Shown here: one piece after another, positions 20,425-29,711 of the stretch
Layout: each line of letters opens with the position of its first letter
Position numbering within the stretch: the first letter of the stretch is position 1
Source: a virus
Strand: one strand, 5' to 3'
Virus record (IMG/VR): IMGVR_UViG_3300025141_000022
Location: 64,001-128,000 of that record
Length of the DNA stretch: 64,000 nt
Program-made: the position numbers and the translations under genes
Notes under the pieces: model-generated
The model's input: only the letters and a program-made list of their open reading frames with translations
What the model was told of the DNA's origin: nothing
Databases searched by the model: none

Positions 20425-22818
20425 ATGGCAGTTAGTAAAACAAGATATTTTATTGGTTCCGCGCATGCCGATGGCTCAACAGATCCTTTAAGAGAAGGTC
20501 AGGGCAAATATTGGGTAACGCCAGGAAACGCCCGCGCTTCCGCACCCGAGGATTTGTTATCACAGCCGGAAATGGAATACTCTGGAGAAGACGCGTCTTG
20601 GAGCGATAACGTAAGTTTTCATATGTCTGTTGGAGATGCAGAATATGATTCTGAAACAATGTTTTATAAAATAAAACATAAAATAAAATTAATGGGAAGA
20701 TCAGATGCTTTCGCAGATAATGATAATTGGGCTTCCTATGTTACAGGCACTATAGTAAACACTACAGATGTGTTCGAAGATTGTGTATTTGATTTAGAAT
20801 CTCCATTTTCTAAACAAGAGTTAGAATCATTTGCCGAAATTGGAAACCCTCTTCAGGCCGATATTGAGCCGTCTTATAATTTTTACATTGAATCTTATGA
20901 AAACAAGCTAAACACTAGAAGAGTTCCAGAGCAATTGCTACCAAATTTATATGCATTCATGTTCGAAAAGGAAGGAGTAAACCTAGATTCAGAAAACACA
21001 GCTTTTAACCAGCTTATTACATTAAACGGTAATATACCAGATGTTTATGTTGATGTAACCAATCAAAAGGGTGAAAAGATTGGAGAAAAAGATGAAGGTG
21101 AGTATTATCAAAAATATGCATATTATTATGATCAAGCATCTAGCGGAAGTTCCTTGACCGAGTTAAAAGATAAATATTCACGCATTGGCATACCAATAAG
21201 CGATGTAGGCAAAATAAATGAGTATAATCAGAAAGCAGAGTTGTTTCCGATGTATTCAAATATTGTATTTTCTACAGACAAGTTAACAACTTTTGCACAA
21301 ATTTTATCTGACGCTAAATTAAGCACAGCACTAATAAGAGAGTTATTAGAGAGTAAATTATCTAGTTCTGGCACAATGAGCTTTAAAGAAGCGGTTGAGG
21401 TACTACATCAGCATACTCTAGAAACAGGAGAAACGAAGGTTACTAGAACGGTATCTACCGAAATTGGGCAACGAAAAGTTTACGATTTATTATCGTGGTG
21501 GTCAAACTATAACTCCGTAACTCCCACTGCAATGTCTGATGAGGTAGTTATGCTAACGAATGACGACAATCAAGTGAGAGCCCATAGTGAAACAGAATAC
21601 TCCTTTGAAAAAAATATGGGTCTGCTTATATTTGCCGGAAAGCTAAGAACCTTTATCAAAAACAGTCTCAGGACTTATGGTGATATTACTGCCGGCACAA
21701 AGGCTCACTCTGAAACAGTGATGTATAGAATAGAAAAGCGTCTAGGGCATGCATCTGGGCCTGTATTACAAAACTTTTTTATTCCAAATTCAAATGATAT
21801 TGACATTTTTACATATATCGACACACAGGTAGGGTATGCTAGACGATATACATATAACATTTATGCATACCAATTAGTTGTAGGTTCGCAGTACCGGTAC
21901 TCAAATGTTAATATTACTGAAATAGCGGAGAGTAGAGGCCGAGGCGGAGACATAGAAGATCCTTTAGACATTGAATATACGGCAAACCTTGAGGTTGAAG
22001 TGACGCCCACGTTAAAATTAGTTGAAACTCCGTACTTCACTGAATCAGAAGTTATAATGGACGATCCGCCTCTTGCTCCTGATATTCAATTAATACCGTA
22101 TAAGGGTATTAATAATCGCATTCTGCTTACATTTAATAATAATGTAGGAGAATATTACTTCCATCCTATTATGCTAGATCAGCATGAAGAGCAAATAATC
22201 AACACTGTTAGACAGGCTCAAAAGATTCCCGATACAGGAAAGCCAATCAGGTACAAAGGTGATGATCACGCACAGTACTTTGAAGTACTCAGGTTGAGGC
22301 AGAAGCCAAAGAAGTGGGCAGATTTTTTGCACTCCAACAGAAGACTGGTGGCCACTGATATTTCTAAGAAAACCAAACTCAAAGCTGGCTCAGCAGCTAT
22401 GATAGATAAAATTTTGCCAAATCAAAAATATTATTATATATTTAGAACTTGGGACATTCATAACAAAATTTCTAATCCATCACCTATTTATGAATTAGAG
22501 ATAGTAGATGATGGCGGAGTAATCTTTCCTGTAGTTAAGGTCGTAGAATTTGCCGAGCCCATTCCAAAGATGCCTGCCAAGACAATGAAAAGGTATGTGA
22601 TGATACAGCCAAAAATAGCACACGCAATAATTAATGAGTCGAAATCTAATGTTCAGAACTCGACAACTGCATTAGATTCTAACGGTGAGGTTTACCTGGG
22701 CACCAAAGACGAGGATATTTGGGATAAAAAATTCAAGATTAGATTTACTTCGAAAGACACAGGTAAGAAGTATGATGTAAATGTTCAATTTAACTATGAA
22801 CATGTTGCGAAAGAATGA
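20425..22818 (+). CDS. Hypothetical virion protein (797 aa), FN3-like beta-sandwich segments
   Basis: Long ORF in the structural cluster. GYARRYTYNIYAY and QKYYYIFRTWDIHNKISNPSPIY are reminiscent of FN3 strands. Confidence 0.5.
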   Translation: MAVSKTRYFIGSAHADGSTDPLREGQGKYWVTPGNARASAPEDLLSQPEMEYSGEDASWSDNVSFHMSVGDAEYDSETMFYKIKHKIKLMGRSDAFADNDNWASYVTGTIVNTTDVFEDCVFDLESPFSKQELESFAEIGNPLQADIEPSYNFYIESYENKLNTRRVPEQLLPNLYAFMFEKEGVNLDSENTAFNQLITLNGNIPDVYVDVTNQKGEKIGEKDEGEYYQKYAYYYDQASSGSSLTELKDKYSRIGIPISDVGKINEYNQKAELFPMYSNIVFSTDKLTTFAQILSDAKLSTALIRELLESKLSSSGTMSFKEAVEVLHQHTLETGETKVTRTVSTEIGQRKVYDLLSWWSNYNSVTPTAMSDEVVMLTNDDNQVRAHSETEYSFEKNMGLLIFAGKLRTFIKNSLRTYGDITAGTKAHSETVMYRIEKRLGHASGPVLQNFFIPNSNDIDIFTYIDTQVGYARRYTYNIYAYQLVVGSQYRYSNVNITEIAESRGRGGDIEDPLDIEYTANLEVEVTPTLKLVETPYFTESEVIMDDPPLAPDIQLIPYKGINNRILLTFNNNVGEYYFHPIMLDQHEEQIINTVRQAQKIPDTGKPIRYKGDDHAQYFEVLRLRQKPKKWADFLHSNRRLVATDISKKTKLKAGSAAMIDKILPNQKYYYIFRTWDIHNKISNPSPIYELEIVDDGGVIFPVVKVVEFAEPIPKMPAKTMKRYVMIQPKIAHAIINESKSNVQNSTTALDSNGEVYLGTKDEDIWDKKFKIRFTSKDTGKKYDVNVQFNYEHVAKE

Positions 22819-22870
22819 TATAATAACAATTAAGAGAGATAATAAAAAAAGGTGAATTCTAGATTCAAAT

Positions 22871-22879
22871 ACTAATTAT
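22871..22879 (+). promoter_or_regulatory. Putative late promoter motif ACTAATTAT
   Basis: Intergenic ACTAnTTA instance 21 nt before the ATG at 22900, with a GAGG RBS between. Confidence 0.55.
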
Positions 22880-22899
22880 TTTACTATGAGGAACACAAT

Positions 22900-23805
22900 A
22901 TGGCATTTTTAGATAATTCTGGTGATATTATTTTAGATGCTGTCCTAACTGACACCGGTCGAATGAGATTGGCAAAGGGCGACGGCAGCTTTAAGATAAC
23001 AAAATTCGCACTCGGTGATGACGAGATCAACTACTCGCTTTACGATAAAAACCACACAAGCGGAAGCGCGTATTACGACTTAGAGATTTTACAAACACCA
23101 GTACTAGAGGCTTTTACCAATAATACGTCTACTATGAAAACAAAGCTGGTTTCAATCCCAAGGACAAACCTGTTATATATGCCAGTCGTACAATTGAATG
23201 AATTGAAAGACGGTGCGGCTAGACACTCCAGTGGCTCGTTCATGGTCGCTGTTGACAGCGATACAGAGACTAGATGGGGCACAGTAGCTGGTATCATGTA
23301 CGGTGAAAACCCAAATGACGGAGGCTCTTATGTCCGATGTGATCAGGGCCTCGACACTACGGAGATTTCTCCAACTTTTACAATTGATGCAGATTTGGTT
23401 GAAACACAATATATTGTAGAAATAGATAATCGATTTGGAAGCATTGTTAGTGCCAAAGATGGTTCACAGGCATCTGTTTCGTTCATTGATGACGATAATG
23501 TCGCTACCTATTTTTTCTCGCTAGGAACAGATTTGCAATATGTGTCTGAAAATACAAATCGAAAAGCCTCCGCAGCACAAGAAACAATTAGCGGCCCAAG
23601 AGGAACAATATTCCAGTTTAAGATTTTGTCCTCCTTGGATCTTAATACAAGCACTCACTTATTTACATTGTTGGGATCCACAGCGGCCATGCCGGATTCG
23701 GGCTCTACAGTGACTTCATATAAGTATATTGACACCAACGTAAGAGTCCAAGGGGCAACAACAGGGTATAGAATGGATATTCCTGTTAGATTTATTAAGC
23801 TATAA
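22900..23805 (+). CDS. Baseplate/tail-collar-related protein (N-half of tail-collar-fibre-like fold)
   Basis: ILDAVLTDTGRMRLAKGDGSFKITKFALGDDEINY resembles the ILTxxG...AVGDG N-terminus of P2 gpH/DUF3751-type collar domains. Confidence 0.6.
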   Translation: MAFLDNSGDIILDAVLTDTGRMRLAKGDGSFKITKFALGDDEINYSLYDKNHTSGSAYYDLEILQTPVLEAFTNNTSTMKTKLVSIPRTNLLYMPVVQLNELKDGAARHSSGSFMVAVDSDTETRWGTVAGIMYGENPNDGGSYVRCDQGLDTTEISPTFTIDADLVETQYIVEIDNRFGSIVSAKDGSQASVSFIDDDNVATYFFSLGTDLQYVSENTNRKASAAQETISGPRGTIFQFKILSSLDLNTSTHLFTLLGSTAAMPDSGSTVTSYKYIDTNVRVQGATTGYRMDIPVRFIKL

Positions 23806-23823
23806 TAAAAAAGGATAACAAGA

Positions 23824-24927
23824 ATGGCAACAACCTATAAAACATTTTTAAGTAATGATGTAGTCTCAACGAGGACTTTATTGCACGAAGCGATCCCGGT
23901 AACGGGCACAATCGTTTCTGGAGTTTACGGAGATTTCCAATCAGAGGCGAACGTTAAGAACTATTCACATGGAATGTTCCAATCAGTATATGATTATCCT
24001 TATTTGAGTTCTTCAGCAAACCATATCTTCGATTTAGGTGTGTGCTATTCGGCCAACTCGTCATTCTCAGGCGCCTCAAATACACAAAATTCAAAGAAGA
24101 TTAATGTGTATAATCAGTTGACCCAGGTTCTGATGGGCTATGATGCCACTGGTTCAATTTTAGAGTTTGATGAAGATGGAGACATCCTCGCCGGCGGAAC
24201 AAAGCTTAGAGAGTGTTTTTATATGAACTTTGCAAGACTCTTGAATAAGGATGAAATTAAAAAGGGAACATTTGCGCTGACTTTGGGCGTACACAGCAAC
24301 TTTGACAATCCTCATTCCGGTACTATCAAGATTAGTGATGCTGGGGCCACAACTGATTACAGGGTAAACTCGCCTGCAGGAGAGTATGCTATTCTTTACG
24401 CAAACGGCCTCTCTGGTTCTCACATAACCTCGCAGACGGCATGTGGGCTACTGTTTTACCAAGCAGGCATTGCGATTGTTACAGGTTCTGTTTTTACAGA
24501 TGCGACACTTGGCGGCAAGCTGACAGATGCATATGGCCATGCTGAGATGTCTCCGACCATGGGGGGCACCGCAGCTTCAAGCGCAAGCTTCGATCATGTG
24601 TTAACTGGTTCATCTATCTCGGCTTCTTGCGATTATCTTCGCCACAGAATTAAGAATGTTGAGTTCAACAACACAACAGAACTTAATTCAACAATCTACT
24701 TTGCTCGTATCAATCACAACGACTACAACTACAGTGCTAATCCAACATACTTGTCCGCAAGCAAGATCAGAGTAAAAAACAGCACAACTGATTCCCCAGT
24801 ATCGTACATCACCACTGTTGGATTATATTCCGCAGACAATGAATTACTTGCTGTAGCAAAACTAAGTGAGCCGCTTAAAAAGGATCCAACAACTGAATTC
24901 ACATTAAGAGTTCGCCTGGATTACTAA
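23824..24927 (+). CDS. Baseplate/tail-collar-related protein (C-half of tail-collar-fibre-like fold)
   Basis: C-terminal YITTVGLYSADNELLAVAKLSEPLKKDPTTEFTLRVRLDY resembles the IREIGLYD..G.LIAVAN.P..YKP motif. Confidence 0.6.
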   Translation: MATTYKTFLSNDVVSTRTLLHEAIPVTGTIVSGVYGDFQSEANVKNYSHGMFQSVYDYPYLSSSANHIFDLGVCYSANSSFSGASNTQNSKKINVYNQLTQVLMGYDATGSILEFDEDGDILAGGTKLRECFYMNFARLLNKDEIKKGTFALTLGVHSNFDNPHSGTIKISDAGATTDYRVNSPAGEYAILYANGLSGSHITSQTACGLLFYQAGIAIVTGSVFTDATLGGKLTDAYGHAEMSPTMGGTAASSASFDHVLTGSSISASCDYLRHRIKNVEFNNTTELNSTIYFARINHNDYNYSANPTYLSASKIRVKNSTTDSPVSYITTVGLYSADNELLAVAKLSEPLKKDPTTEFTLRVRLDY

Positions 24928-24942
24928 ATTAAAAAAGTGGCG

Positions 24943-24951
24943 ACTAATTAA
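24943..24951 (+). promoter_or_regulatory. Putative late promoter motif ACTAATTAA
   Basis: Intergenic ACTAnTTA instance just before the ATG at 24958. Confidence 0.45.
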
Positions 24952-24957
24952 ATTAGC

Positions 24958-26196
24958 ATGCCATATTACGAATTCGATAAAAACGATTTATTCTATAATA
25001 CGATTGAGGCTCATCCTAAATTTGAGTTCTTGGTGTATGATGGAAAGACCTACTACAACAGAAGGCCAGAAGTTGCTGGGCAATTTACAGGCAGCACACC
25101 AAATGCGCCTGTAGGGCACATTAACTTATATGAACTTAATGTAGATAGAGTATCAGCCTCAACGGGACTTATCTACCCTTTTGTGACAAAGGCCGGAAGT
25201 CTCACATCGTTCAAAACTACCAGTACCAGCAATTTCAATAATGATTTTGCCTATGGCGATAAGATGACTGGCAGCTATCCTTTGACAGCATCTTTGCATA
25301 GGCATTATTATTCTGAAGGCGGCACTGCATCTACAAGGCTCTCTTGTAGTGCGCTTCTGAACACGCTTAATTATTATAAATATTTATCCCCACATTATGC
25401 TTATTCTTCATCTACAGCAGTAGGTGATGGCTGGGACAAAGTATCACAAGAAATGTCCGTAATAAGTATACCATCAATTTTTTATGGCTCTTATATTAAA
25501 AAGGGAACCCTAGACTTAAAATTTTACATAACAGGTACACTAGTTGGGCACCTTAACGATATCCACAAGAACGGAGAATTGATTCAGGTTGGTCCTACGG
25601 GGAGTCAAGGTTCTGGCTCTGTAGCCGGCGTTGTTTTGTATAATGAGGGCTTTCTTTTTCTAACAGGAAGTTGGGATTTAACAAGTCCGTCTTTAGACAT
25701 AGATTATCTTAATGACACGACAAATCTGCAAAAATCGAAATGGATCTTTTGGGGCGTAGGCATGGGAGGCTATGAAACCGCAGCAGGCACATCAATAGGC
25801 TCCTCAGATACTGGAGGTTCAAACAGTACCAGAGCCTCAGCTAGTTTTGAAATGTCATATAAGGGAACTACTAATATTCAAACGGTTACAATGTTGGCCC
25901 ATGCACGAAGGGCACAGCTAAACTATTCTAATAATCCAACATACGTTCAGTATGGACAGCCTCGAAACCCTGTTACCAACTCAATGCAATATATTGAGCC
26001 AACAAATCTAAAAATTAAAAACACAGTAACATCAATATACGCGGAACCTTCAGCTAGTTTTGAAAAACACACTTACATAACTAAGATTGGTGTATACGAT
26101 GAAAATAGAAATTTAATTGCTATAGCCAATTTGGCTACACCAGTTAAGAAGACAGAAGATAGAGAATTGACTTTTAAATTAAAGTTAGATATATAA
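24958..26196 (+). CDS. Paralog of the preceding gene; baseplate/tail-collar-related protein
   Basis: C-terminal YITKIGVYDENRNLIAIANLATPVKKTEDRELTFKLKLDI. Shares IKKGT, GxLxD and NYSxNPTY motifs with 23824..24927. Confidence 0.6.
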   Translation: MPYYEFDKNDLFYNTIEAHPKFEFLVYDGKTYYNRRPEVAGQFTGSTPNAPVGHINLYELNVDRVSASTGLIYPFVTKAGSLTSFKTTSTSNFNNDFAYGDKMTGSYPLTASLHRHYYSEGGTASTRLSCSALLNTLNYYKYLSPHYAYSSSTAVGDGWDKVSQEMSVISIPSIFYGSYIKKGTLDLKFYITGTLVGHLNDIHKNGELIQVGPTGSQGSGSVAGVVLYNEGFLFLTGSWDLTSPSLDIDYLNDTTNLQKSKWIFWGVGMGGYETAAGTSIGSSDTGGSNSTRASASFEMSYKGTTNIQTVTMLAHARRAQLNYSNNPTYVQYGQPRNPVTNSMQYIEPTNLKIKNTVTSIYAEPSASFEKHTYITKIGVYDENRNLIAIANLATPVKKTEDRELTFKLKLDI

Positions 26197-26197
26197 T

Positions 26198-26719
26198 ATG
26201 TACATTTTGGGACTTGATATAAGTTCCTCCAAGATCGGAATCGCACTCTTAAAAGACGACAACATTGTTATAAGTGAGTCGATTAAGTTTAAGAGCGGAT
26301 TGTCTTTGGAGGAACGTGCAATTAATTTTGAAAAACGCATGCGCGAGATAGATCGTAAGTATGTTGTCTTTTCTACATACGTTGAACAGCCAGCTATGAT
26401 GTTTAAGGGTGGCAAGACCACAGCATTCACAATGGCTACCTTGCAGCGATTTAACGGTATGTGCTCGTACATCGTAAGAAAAGTATTTGATGACGATCCG
26501 ATTCTTATAAATCCCAGATCTGCCAGAGCCAAGCTTGGCATAAAGACGCCCCGAGGACGCCCAAGTAGAGAAGTCAAAAGGTGTATAATTGAACATGTCG
26601 AAAAAAGGTTTGAGGGTCAATTCAAATACAATCTCACGCACAAGGGAAATCCACAACCGGGAACGGATGACCGGGCCGATGCATTAGTGATCGCTTTAGC
26701 TGGCCCTTTACTTAAGTGA
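26198..26719 (+). CDS. ruvC: Holliday junction resolvase, RuvC-like
   Basis: ILGLDISSSKIGIALL (catalytic D), YVEQP (catalytic E), and C-terminal DDRADALVIA (catalytic Ds); 173 aa. Confidence 0.85.
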   Translation: MYILGLDISSSKIGIALLKDDNIVISESIKFKSGLSLEERAINFEKRMREIDRKYVVFSTYVEQPAMMFKGGKTTAFTMATLQRFNGMCSYIVRKVFDDDPILINPRSARAKLGIKTPRGRPSREVKRCIIEHVEKRFEGQFKYNLTHKGNPQPGTDDRADALVIALAGPLLK

Positions 26720-26721
26720 TA

Positions 26722-26730
26722 ACTATTTAT
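26722..26730 (+). promoter_or_regulatory. Putative late promoter motif ACTATTTAT
   Basis: Intergenic instance directly before the ENWR-leader gene cluster. Confidence 0.5.
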
Positions 26731-26737
26731 TAGTACT

Positions 26738-27739
26738 ATGCGATCACACAAGCTTATTTTAGAGAATTGGCGAAAGTTTTTAAAAGAAGTAGACGCGGGC
26801 CCAACGGCTGCGATGCCTGCTCATTTAGATCCTAAAGTAAAGACACAGGCCGACTATGATACCCTGGACCAGATGGGCTATCAAGTTCTTAAGGAGCTTG
26901 GTCGTGGGCTATTTGGTATAGTATACCAAGTGGAAAATAAGCAAAGCGGAAAAAGGTTAGCCGCCAAGGTTGTTAAAGCAGACAATCGAGAGGCAGAAAA
27001 TTACCAGTTCGCCATGGACAACAAAGCCTCCATGCCAGAAGAGTTTGGTAAATACCTACCAGAAGTATATGAGGTGGCCCCCGGCCACGATGGTTATAAT
27101 ATTATCCTCATGGAAGAGTTAGTACCTTTGGATCCCCAAGTTGCTCAAGAATTGTTTGCAGTGGAAACAGATGATGCAAATCAGGAAACTCCCGATTCTA
27201 AGAAACATGAAAAGATCTTCAGAGATCCAGAAGCTCTAGCTGAATTGGTTGGTGAATCTGTATACGCAAACAGAATATTACATCAATTAAATCTTGGTTT
27301 TAAGGAGATGAGAAGGCTTAGAATGGTAGCAAGAAAAGCAGTTACCAAAAAAGTTCACAACGATCTTGACTCCCTTGTGATGACCGTGTATGGTACTATA
27401 GTAAGAGAGATAGATGATCAGAGCGCAGCAATATATAAAGCTTTCGAAAAAGACTTGAAAGAAACTATGTCATATTATCTCAACAAGCAAATTGTACCAG
27501 TCCACCAGCCAGAGCCAGATGAGGAGTATTTGGAAACATGGACCTCTGGAGGTCTTGAAGGGACAAGAGCTTTGTTTCCAGAAGCTAAAGGTTTAGCACG
27601 AGCTATGAAATATTTTATGCAAGATAAGAATTGGCGACCAAAAGACGTGCATTGGAAAAATGTAATGGCAAGACCATCAACTAAAGATATGGTTATTGTT
27701 GATTTAGGATTATTTGAAAAAGGAATATTTGTATTATGA
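26738..27739 (+). CDS. Protein kinase-like protein with N-terminal ENWR leader
   Basis: Gly-loop LGRGLFGIVY, AAK lysine, hinge IILMEEL, catalytic loop KDVHWKNV, DLG (DFG-equivalent). Leader MRSHKLILENWRKFLKE. Confidence 0.85.
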   Translation: MRSHKLILENWRKFLKEVDAGPTAAMPAHLDPKVKTQADYDTLDQMGYQVLKELGRGLFGIVYQVENKQSGKRLAAKVVKADNREAENYQFAMDNKASMPEEFGKYLPEVYEVAPGHDGYNIILMEELVPLDPQVAQELFAVETDDANQETPDSKKHEKIFRDPEALAELVGESVYANRILHQLNLGFKEMRRLRMVARKAVTKKVHNDLDSLVMTVYGTIVREIDDQSAAIYKAFEKDLKETMSYYLNKQIVPVHQPEPDEEYLETWTSGGLEGTRALFPEAKGLARAMKYFMQDKNWRPKDVHWKNVMARPSTKDMVIVDLGLFEKGIFVL

Positions 27740-28350
27740 AAATTATAATTGAAAATTGGAGAAGATATTTAAAAGAAGAGGTTGATCTTCAGGCTGCACA
27801 ACAGCTTATTGATGCGAACCCATATTTAAAAGGTAAATTAATGGCAACACCAGAGAGTATTATTGAAGGAGAGGGTTATGTTCTTGCCGTATCGGAAGAA
27901 TCACTGGGGCATATTAAAGATCGCCATATGGACGCTAGCGCCCCAGGCTCGCTGTTTCTTCCCGAAGTTGATTTAGGAGAGGTGATGAGAAGCTTGTTGT
28001 CTATGCCCCCAAGCGAAGAGTCAGGAGGCAGAGTGAAGTGGTTAGGCGTGGACGCCGGCATGCCAGTTGGAAAAATGGGCGTTAAACTTGGCGATCCAGA
28101 GGAAGTGGCAAAAATGCAAGATTATAAAATGCCCGGCGGAAGAAACGAAATGGTTAAATTAACTTCTGGTGAACGAGAGCCAACAAATGAAATTAGTCTA
28201 ATCACTGCGGAGCTTGGCGATCTGGGTGGTAAGAAATTATTATCTTTGATCACTGCCTTCCCCGGCGGCATAGAGGTTAATGGAAAAGAGATGCCCATGG
28301 ATAGAAACGATTTTGCTGCACAGGGTTTTTACTTTGTTGTATCACAATGA
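27736..28350 (+). CDS. ENWR-leader protein with toxin-like (RNase-like) domain
   Basis: Leader MKIIIENWRRYLKEE. HIKDRH...GSLF...VG...LITAFP pattern reminiscent of Rhs/CdiA C-terminal nuclease toxins. Confidence 0.5.
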   Translation: MKIIIENWRRYLKEEVDLQAAQQLIDANPYLKGKLMATPESIIEGEGYVLAVSEESLGHIKDRHMDASAPGSLFLPEVDLGEVMRSLLSMPPSEESGGRVKWLGVDAGMPVGKMGVKLGDPEEVAKMQDYKMPGGRNEMVKLTSGEREPTNEISLITAELGDLGGKKLLSLITAFPGGIEVNGKEMPMDRNDFAAQGFYFVVSQ

Positions 28351-29138
28351 AACTCCTACTTGAAAATTGGCGACTGTATTTGAACGAGATTACAACCCTT
28401 GATTCTGAACTAAAGCAGGGTTTTGCCGAAGCAATAGAAGATTCGCAATTCTGGACGCTACCCAATGCCGAAGATGATGTTGACATTGGCAACCACCCTG
28501 ACGAGATGGAAACCCCAGCCAGCGAGGCATTGAGAATTGCGCTAAACGAAAAAGCACAAGAGCTTGACACTGATTTATATTTTATTGTAACTGTTTCAAA
28601 TGTACATGTGTTATCTAAAGATGATCCGCATGGAGGGTATCCAAGTAATTGGATGTCGCATGGTATGTATCAGGGCCCTCAATCCGGCCATCATGTGATA
28701 TGGATAGAGCTTCGACCATTGGGAGATGATTATGAAATTTCTGAACTGAATCCTTCTGAATTGATAAAGAAGATCTCAAGAACCATTAACCATGAAATGG
28801 TACATTACAAACAACTAAAAAAGCAAGCTGAATCAAAGGGGATTAGTGAAGAAGACGCATGGCAGCAAATGATAGATGACCCGGCCCAACTACCACAAAC
28901 CAGCGATAGAACAGACTATCTGTCAAGGCATCCAGAAGTTGACGCTTACGCTCATGAAGCCGCCGAAGAATTAATAGATAAATATGGCGGTCGAAGGGCT
29001 CTACAACTAATTAAACAAAGAGACTCTGATGTTGTTGGAGTTTTGGCAGACTACAGAGAAGTTTTCAAAGACGACCGAGAAACAATGAAAAAGTTTTTAA
29101 AAAAGCTGTATTCACAAATTATGAGCAAGGAACAATAG
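28347..29138 (+). CDS. ENWR-leader protein with zincin-like HExxH metallopeptidase motif
   Basis: Leader MKLLLENWRLYLNE. TINHEMVHYKQ followed by YLSRHPEVDAYAHE (downstream Glu ligand). Confidence 0.65.
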   Translation: MKLLLENWRLYLNEITTLDSELKQGFAEAIEDSQFWTLPNAEDDVDIGNHPDEMETPASEALRIALNEKAQELDTDLYFIVTVSNVHVLSKDDPHGGYPSNWMSHGMYQGPQSGHHVIWIELRPLGDDYEISELNPSELIKKISRTINHEMVHYKQLKKQAESKGISEEDAWQQMIDDPAQLPQTSDRTDYLSRHPEVDAYAHEAAEELIDKYGGRRALQLIKQRDSDVVGVLADYREVFKDDRETMKKFLKKLYSQIMSKEQ

Positions 29139-29139
29139 A

Positions 29140-29703
29140 ATGAAACACGAATTGATAATGGAAAATTGGCGACAGTTCTTAAATGAAGAAGATGAAGAGC
29201 AGCTTGAAGAAGGCTGGAAAGAAAAAGTAGCCGGCTTAGCAGCAGTCGGGTCCATAGGGCTTGGGGCGCCTAATATGGCACACGCTGGACCTGGAGATAA
29301 TATAAGAGATAAATATCAATCAACTTTGCAAATGGCAAAAGAAAAAGGACAACAAGTTATCGATAAATTACCGGCGCCAATTGATCGCACATCTGGTGCA
29401 GGAGCTGAAGCAGAAAGTGGAACGTCTACTTCTGATGGCTATCAACAAAATGCTGATGGAACTCACGAATTTAGAGTTAAATTGCCTATTGAGAAATATG
29501 AAACACACGGCGGCAAGACTTTTGGCGAGATGAAGGCTCGAAACGGCCTTATGCAGGCGTTGCAGCAGTCGGGGATTGTAACCGGTGATACGATATCCGG
29601 TATATCGCTGTCTTATGATCGAGCTAATGGTCAAGTAGTTGCTAATTGGAGCCCAACATCATCGGCGACGGCTTCTGCTATTTATAAAGCTATGGGCAAC
29701 TGA
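29140..29703 (+). CDS. ENWR-leader protein with cryptic signal-peptide-like segment
   Basis: Leader MKHELIMENWRQFLNEE, then LEE-GWKEKVAGLAAVGSIGLGAPNMAHA. Confidence 0.7.
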   Translation: MKHELIMENWRQFLNEEDEEQLEEGWKEKVAGLAAVGSIGLGAPNMAHAGPGDNIRDKYQSTLQMAKEKGQQVIDKLPAPIDRTSGAGAEAESGTSTSDGYQQNADGTHEFRVKLPIEKYETHGGKTFGEMKARNGLMQALQQSGIVTGDTISGISLSYDRANGQVVANWSPTSSATASAIYKAMGN

Positions 29704-29711
29704 AAATACTT

